Source: Paraglomus brasilianum
Taxonomy: Eukaryota
Length of the DNA: 50,379 nucleotides
Assembly (NCBI GenBank): GCA_910592345.1
Contig: CAJVPI010000135.1
Coordinates: 1 to 50,379 of the forward strand
Reading direction: 5' to 3'
Part shown: in pieces, positions 43,143 through 50,379 of the stretch
Position numbering within the stretch: position 1 is the first letter of the stretch
Layout: each line of letters begins with the position of its first letter
The notes under the pieces: generated by a model
Databases searched by the model: none
Told to the model about the DNA's origin: nothing
The model's input: only the letters and a program-made list of their open reading frames with translations
Position numbers and translations under genes: made by a program

Positions 43143-44393
43143 ACATTAACACCAAACGCACTAGAAACAAGCTTCCATTCTTTATTGTCTTTTTTTTTTC
43201 TTTTCCATTTTTTATTTTTATTGTTCTTACCATTGCTTACAACTGATTTGGGAAACGATGCAGCAAGGTATTAATTAAACGTATTCAGATAAGCGTTCAG
43301 TACGTTTTATCTGATCATTGTTGCCATATATTTTAGCAGGCAGTTTGGATTATTAGTACATTTTATTTTATCTCTTAATATTTTGTGTTGTCATTTGTGC
43401 GACAAGTATTTTTATCATTATTTTTTTGTCATTATAACCACAAGAACTATTTTACCACGAGACATTTAGAGAATGGAAGTGACAGTAGAGTGACCTGACG
43501 TAGAAGATTAGCCTACTACCAACGGACTTGCGGATAGTCCGAGATATTTATATTGTTCCTTCCTTTTTTACTTTTAGTATATACTTCATCATCTAAATCA
43601 AATTTTATTACAACCGAAAATGTTCATGCGCCTAAAAAGGGAATCTTGTTACAAATGATATCATCTGCTAGGGTAAGTGATACTACTACGAGAGAGAGGC
43701 ATATTATAGAGACTTGTCTTTTATTCATTCATGGAACATTTATATTTATGTTAATCTCATGTGAATATTAATGTCACGTGATGTATGCCAATCTGTTCAT
43801 CAATGCATAAGTTAGCTATCCAATCTTGGCTCTTTTTTTTTTTCTCTCTTTTTTTTTTCCTTTTCATTTCTTTGTTCCCAGTTTCACAAAATCGATGATT
43901 GCTGCACTGTGGCTGTAAAAGCTAACAACAAATTGGGCACAGACAATCGAGAGACAAACAAGACAAATGACTATATCACCGGGTTACATATATAAAAGAA
44001 GTCTATGTATATTTATTTATAATAGAAAAAGTATCTACAGAGTATGATATCGAGTGAAAAAAAAATCTATTTAACAAAAAAACAATCGTCTATGTAAATG
44101 AGTGGGGAAAGTGAAAAAGGATATTACAATGAAACCATCTATAAAGATAATCTTGGGCTTGTTGACCATGTAGACAGTAAGAAAGGATACAAACAAAAAA
44201 CTCGTAAATAGAAATCTTTTACATCAGTGAAACCTGAACTGAAGCATGCCATACAGAAAGAGACAAAACGAAAAATCTACGATTTTGCTTCATGTCGGAA
44301 AGTATGCACATTTATAGTAGCGCAAATGGTCATGATGTTCAACAACTCGTACCTCTTTAACAATACACCATTTTCCCCCTATTACTGTAACTC

Positions 44394-45224
44394 TCAGAAT
44401 GTGCGTGCAGAAGGCTGAATGCATCCGGGAGGAATATAGTGTGCAGGTACTTGCTTGGGTATATCAAATATAGCATAGAATATGAGCCACGTTAGATTAA
44501 ATACGGTGAAGAAGAGTGCTTTGATTATAAATGACTCTTTCCGGATTTTGTGACGGCATGCTGTTGAAACAAGGGAATTATAACAAAAAAAATTCGGGTG
44601 AGCGGGGGTTATATGATGCATCTCAAACATGCACGTAACTGCTTCACAAAAAAAGGATCTCTAATCAATGAAAAAGAATCGTCCATATACTAACCGAACA
44701 TGCTGAACCATCCTCCAAAGACGCCTAGGTGGTAGGAAAGATCAAGAGATGTAACAGGTAACGATTTCGTTAGCGTACTCTATCGAGATGCGTTAATCTT
44801 TTCTTCTTCTCCCTCACATCTGACTTACCGGTCGTCCATAGCCACCATAACAATTCCCGCTCGGGTGTTCTCCAGTTCTGTGAGATGGATTGCTGCTTGT
44901 CGAACCAGAACACTAGCCATGTTGCAACGTTTATGACGAGTATTGGTGGGAAGAGATTCTGCACTCCTATCACAAAGGCGACTTTTATGAAGAAGTGGAG
45001 GGAGTATGAGAGGAAGGAGATGATTGGATAGATGTTGGATTACATGCCATGCCATGCCAACACACACAAGTTTCTCACTGTAATCATCCCACTTTTTCTT
45101 TCCTACCTTTAGAGTCATAACCATATCTTCCGGTGAGTATGTGTAGAAAAGTGGCTGCCTTGAGTGTAGCGTATGCTAGCCAAAGAGTAAGACCGACACG
45201 GATAGTGAAGAGAAGATGTGCCAT
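44394..45224 (-). CDS. DUF1294 (YsdA-like) small membrane protein, about 4 exons
   Basis: Spliced INVATWLVFWFDKQQSISQNWRTPERELLWWLWTTGVFGGWFSMFACRHKIRKESF matches the DUF1294 pattern (N....DK.....WR.PE..L......GG......RHK..K..F). Confidence 0.78.
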
Positions 45225-46828
45225 GTTTATAGAGGTGTGTATGTGCGAGCGTGAGTGTGAGTGTGCAGAGATATAATACGAGAGAGAGAGAAAAAAGAGA
45301 TGTGAATGTAGATGTGATTGTATTGATGATGAATATCTATCGTTTGTTTGTTCAGTGTCTGGGGCAGTTTCTTGTGTCTAGATATTTCCTTGATTCCCAC
45401 CGCCAGTTTAAATAGTGAGGAGCGCGGGTTATTATGGGAATCAATTTAAATACGTGTAATAATAAAATATGCAATGATCATTATGATCAGTTACAAATCA
45501 ACGTACAATCTGTGCGACACTCAAACAACAAAAAGTCATAATAAATAAAACTTCATAACGACCAAACCATAATGGAGGTATTATCCATTATTGTATTTAT
45601 TATTTTGTGCCACCAGCCATCAAAATTCTCATCTGCAACAGAATGCATTCCGACACAGAAATTCTTTTGTTGATAAAGAAAAATGACAACTTGTAAAGAT
45701 AACAAAAAAAACTAACAATGAGGGAAACAATTAAATACCAAGTCAATAGACACTGCATATTCAACATATGTACTAATACAATTATTTGATTATTAGTGAA
45801 ACACCCCAACAATTAGCGACTATCAGATGTTTGGCTGGTTTTAATCCGGTCCACAAGACTTGTTCCCACAACCCATCCCAAAACGACATGCATCACTCTC
45901 TTTCCTTAATCTCCCTTAAGTTCAAAGCCACCGGAAAGTATAGTTTCTTTCACCGAATATTTGTAAATAAAGAACTTTTGAATTGACGGAATTAGGCAGA
46001 GATGGATGGATGGACAACAAGTGGCGCATCGTACAATGCAGACTATGTGGCGCATACGAATAGGGTAGCGAAAAAAAAAAAAAAAAGCGTATAACGATAT
46101 AACATGAACACCCGAACGACTACAATTATTATAAGCCAAACATATTATGGGTATATAGTAAGATTGTCCAAGCAACATCTGTAGTATTACGTAATGTATT
46201 ACCATATTCTTTTCGCTAATCTAACGTTAATCATTCAGTGATGACGAAATCTAATTTACGAGTATTATAATATATATGTATGTGTGATACATGCGTGATA
46301 TCCATTACAAGTATTTATATTTACTGGTCATTCTAAAATATGCGAGCTGCGAGCTGCTGCTCGACTCCCATAATATGCGATGTGGGGTATGGGTACGACG
46401 ATGAAACAATGATCAATGTATATTTAAACAAAGTAGGATTGCTTTACTCGGGCAACATATACAATCTACCGTCAAGTAACCCAGATTGTGCGATTCGGCC
46501 CTTTGAAATGCACATTTGACCTCTTCCCCTTATGCTTTTCTCCGCTTATTACTTTCCGGCGGCGTAATGATTACATACTTATCTCACACCTGTATGTAAG
46601 TCCTTGTTGGGCTTGCTTGTTTCAAGAAAAGTAATGCTCTCTATTTTCACATTTCCCCGTATAGAAGTTCATTTGATCATGCAATGACATCATCCCCTAT
46701 AACAGTAATCACGACAGCGTATATGAACAACCGCATACGTTTGCTTTTCTTTATCTTTCGTAATTCCCTTTTTAATTTTGATTTTCGTATCCGATCAGTC
46801 TAACAAGCACCCGACTTTGTACAGACTC

Positions 46829-46880
46829 TTTTTTTTTTTTTTCTTCTTTTTTTTTTCTCCTTTTTTTTTTTTTTTCCTTT
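46829..46880 (+). repeat. Poly-T/pyrimidine tract in a long intergenic region
   Basis: About 50 bp almost entirely T with sparse C. Confidence 0.8.
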
Positions 46881-48829
46881 TGCATGCCTTGCTTCGATGG
46901 TTAGGAGACAATGGCAATGGATAAAACAAGACAACTAAACAGGAAAACAAAACATTGGTATGAATGTGAGCAACTTACCTTATTAGAATGAACATGTATC
47001 TCTTGATTCGTTATCGAATAAACCTATAGATCAATGGATATATCCTTAATTGATTTTCATTGCTGATGTTGTTACGTGTACACAATGAGCCCTGCGCATA
47101 CCACTGTTTGCCTGATAAGCAACAGGAATTGTATGCAAAGGTCATATTACTAAGAAGAAGAATCAAGGAGAGTGTTAAGGGGGGCGGTTTGGCTGTAAGC
47201 AAATAAGAAGAGGAAAAAAGTTGGAAAGAAAAGAATGTGCAAATATGCGGAAAAGAAACGTAAACATATGGGTCACAAGCAAGAGCGTCTTTGTTATTGT
47301 TTGCTATGCCGAATTATCCGATCGGATAATAATATTTTCAAATAAACAAATAATTTGATTTTTCATAGATCAAAAATATAACAATGCATGTATGCATATT
47401 GATATAGTGTATTAGTATTACTTGCGTTTACATAAATAACATTGCCCCAATGCATTGAATTAAGTTTAACCCACACAGCTTCGTAATTCTATTTTATGGC
47501 TGAGGGCGTACAGCAATGTATTCGCTTAGTCAATAAATGACCATCCTATGGCGTATTATAATAATAATAATTAAGTTTAATAAAGTTAGACAATGAGCAA
47601 ACAAGATGGAGAGAGAAAGTAAGAGAGAAATGGCAATGAGCAACAGTGATAGTAAATGATTTGTTATTTCATTTAAACAGATGACACATTACAGATTATC
47701 GCAATCCGTACTTGTTTCCATCACTTGATTAATAAACGTTGCCTTTTTACCGAGTTTGTCCTATCTTTTGCTATCCCTTTGTTTGGTTACGTATCGTTTA
47801 TTAAACTTCAAAAGATGATTGTTTCACAATTAAAAAAAAAACCGGTCTAGGACAAAATAGTCTATGGGTCATATGAACAATAAACAAGCATTTGTCCTTA
47901 CACACACCCCGTAGCGCACGGGCTATCAGTGGGCTGAGTGGGTACAACCAGGGTAAAGTTTTTTGATATTCTCGATATGCGACTAGGGCGAATATATTTT
48001 TATGTATTTACGTAAAAGTATAATCTCTTGCATCTCTGCATCTTGAGTATCATCTCTTTTTTTCCCCTTCTTTCCTCGTATTCTGTTAGTTACTTTACTT
48101 GTTTGATAGACCATAACCATAACCATAACCATATTCATTACACTCTTATCTGCCGATCGCTATTTGCCAAGACGGGGAAATGACCGTCTGCTACTCCTTA
48201 TTGAGATTACGCGTTCATCGTCATGAAGCATCACAGACTGCTTTACACTCGGCATAGCATCTACCTTGTGTATTCTATTTTTTCACTCGCAGCAAAAGGC
48301 TTGTATTTTGCACAATACGGTTACAAATTTGGGTATGTGGAAATCATTTCTTTATTGCTCTCGGCGTGCACCTTTAAATCAAACTTTAATCACAAATCTT
48401 CATCTACAATCAATTATGCTGTGTCAGATATTATTTCCCTTAGTATTAGCATTTTGGTTCACTCTCCTCTCATCAATCCTTGATAATAATCGATGTTTGA
48501 TTGTAAAGTCATTCATGTGGCAAACAAGTAGGTATGTCGTTATAGGCTTGCTTCAAATAATGCCCCCAAGCAAAGGCAAGCTATTAGTTATTGCATGTAA
48601 GCCGAAAATGGATTATTTTTAGCAATAGTATGACAAGGGCAATAAGATATGATTGTTTGGGTTTCGTTTTATGTATCTCAATCCTATTGTGCTGGGCAAG
48701 TAATCTTATTTTCGACTTGATGCTCTTTGGTGCAACACATTCCTATGCTCGTATCACTAAAAAAAGATTCTGTTGCAAAGAACACAAACCTGTTGATAGC
48801 AGGTCAGATATACGATTTTGGGTGATGAT

Positions 48830-49975
48830 ATGGAAACCAGGAGCCTGCCGAAAATCACCGCACTATGGGCTGTTAATATCATCACTTGGAAACCTACTGA
48901 CGAGGTGAATTTTTCAAGGCTACAAACAAAATTGAGTGAGAAGTTGATTTTTCCATAATGATATGACAGAAAAAGGAATTCATTTTTATAGGAATTCGAC
49001 GATGCATTATCTACCATCTCGGCGTACGAGAAGGAACGAATTTGTCGATTGAGAATCAAGGAACAGGCAAAGGCGTCATTGATTGGGAGATTGCTCTTGC
49101 TTTATCTTTTTAACAACATATACAACATTCAATGGGAGGCTATAAAATTTGAAAGAACCAAAGCGAATAAACCGATACTGGCAAGTGTTGTTCATCTATT
49201 TGTCATATTAGCAAGCAGCCCAAGCTGGATATCTTACGCTTATATATATACTTTTTGAATTAGGTTTCTCCAGACCTTGGCGTTCAGGCAGACTTTAATG
49301 TTTCTCATCATGGTGATTGGGTTGTCCTTGTAGCTTCGGAAAATTGTAGAGTCGGCGTAGACGTAATGAAGATAGAAGAACCGTACGGCGAGAATATAGA
49401 AACATTTCTAGAAAGTCTTCAAGATCAGGTAATTGAGAAAATAGTTAATAGGAATGCTTTTATTGATAATTTTAATGTCAAAATTATTGAATTTTAGTCT
49501 TGTTTTGTAGTTCTCAAAGACTGAATGGGACGTAATTTCTGCTCCAAATTACCCAATGTTAAAGCTACACCGTTTTTACAGATATTGGTGCTTGAAAGAA
49601 AGTTACATTAAGGCTATAGGGGTTGGCTTGGCTATAAGTTTAAAGACACTTGACTTTCACATTGATAAAAATGAAGGACATGAGTATGGGGCATGTAACG
49701 TAAGTCATTAAAAAGCCAATCCAAATAAGTTTCGCCTATCCATGAATACTAAAGACGTTGAGGCAAATTTGTAGCACGTAAAAACAAAAACGCAGCTTTT
49801 CGTTCGTGGCACTTTCATGGCAGAATGGCATTTTCGAGAATTATATCTGGATGAATCACACTGTATTGCTGTAGCCTATGAAACGGACAACGACTGTATA
49901 AATCATGGAGAATTTGATTCTGTTACAATTTTTAATATAAAAGATGTATTAAAAAAAGCGGTAAAAATGTGCTGA
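48830..49975 (+). CDS. LYS5: Sfp-type 4'-phosphopantetheinyl transferase (Lys5/NpgA/AASDHPPT-like), 5 exons
   Basis: AKASLIGRLLL, RTKANKPIL, FNVSHHGDWV, VGVDVMKI, FYRYWCLKESYIKAIGVGL and LDESHCIAVA. Confidence 0.9.
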
Positions 49976-50308
49976 TTTATGTAATATATTATTATGTTAA
50001 TGTGTATTTGTATGTAGGAAAATACGATAATCATGTATTGGGATAAAATTCAGATCAATATGTATTATTTTAATAAATGAATTACATTGTCTTTGGATTT
50101 TTCATTGACCTCCTACTAACCAAAACCAGAAACTTTATTAATTAAGCTTTAGTCAGAAAGACCAAATAATTTTGATAAGATTGTTCAAAAAGAGTTTTAA
50201 CTATTGGTAGTCTGTTGCTCTTGGATCGAGTGCTGATGAAACAAATTAATTTACCCTTTATATTTAGCATTCTTTTCTTTGTGGATAGAGGTACCTGTTG
50301 CTAATATA

Positions 50309-50379
50309 CACTACCTGGACAAAAGTATTGGCCACCCTAACTTTATTAATTGTTCAAAAGTGTACATAATAATTGGGAC
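50309..50379. mobile_element. Probable terminal inverted repeat of a second Tc1-like element running off the window
   Basis: TA|CACTACCTGGACAAAAGTATTGGCCACCC resembles Tc1-family termini and the CACT..AAAAGT end at 10308. The partner TIR is not visible. Confidence 0.45.

Noticed and set aside
48111..48133. (CCATAA)4 as an interstitial telomere
   Set aside because: Only four units and differs from CCCTAA. An ordinary microsatellite.
48180..48800. Hydrophobic short ORFs upstream of the PPTase as a membrane-protein gene
   Set aside because: I could not build a consistent spliced model or recognise a motif.
48830..49975. PPTase as marker of a secondary-metabolite cluster
   Set aside because: No NRPS or PKS in the window. 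Lys5-type PPTases are housekeeping.

Overview
Eukaryotic, AT-rich, intron-rich fungal DNA. The gene families (WTxxN-type tyrosine-kinase-like kinase, BTB-BACK-SEL1 protein) point to Mucoromycota, most likely an arbuscular mycorrhizal fungus (Glomeromycotina); this is inferred, not determined. Conserved spliced genes: a 6-TM Kv-like K+ channel, QRI7/Kae1-like, DUO1, CBP4, an AVT-family amino acid transporter, CENP-K, ARC18, RSP5, a DUF1294 protein and a LYS5-type PPTase. Accessory material lies between them: an intact multi-module TKL kinase with a decayed paralogue about 26 kb away, an intronless F-box gene, a BTB-BACK protein with 18 SEL1 repeats, and a probable REase-family pseudogene. DNA transposon relics include an internally deleted Tc1 with intact TIRs and TA TSD, an intron-containing pogo/Tigger remnant, a Sola-like transposase remnant, a 221-bp MITE and a Tc1-like TIR at the window edge. 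I found no rRNA, tRNA or CRISPR. I cannot show a wholly new system. The best leads are the kinase built from tandem N-lobe modules, the BTB-SEL1 fusion and the Kv-like channel with a charge-poor S4. All exon boundaries were read by eye.
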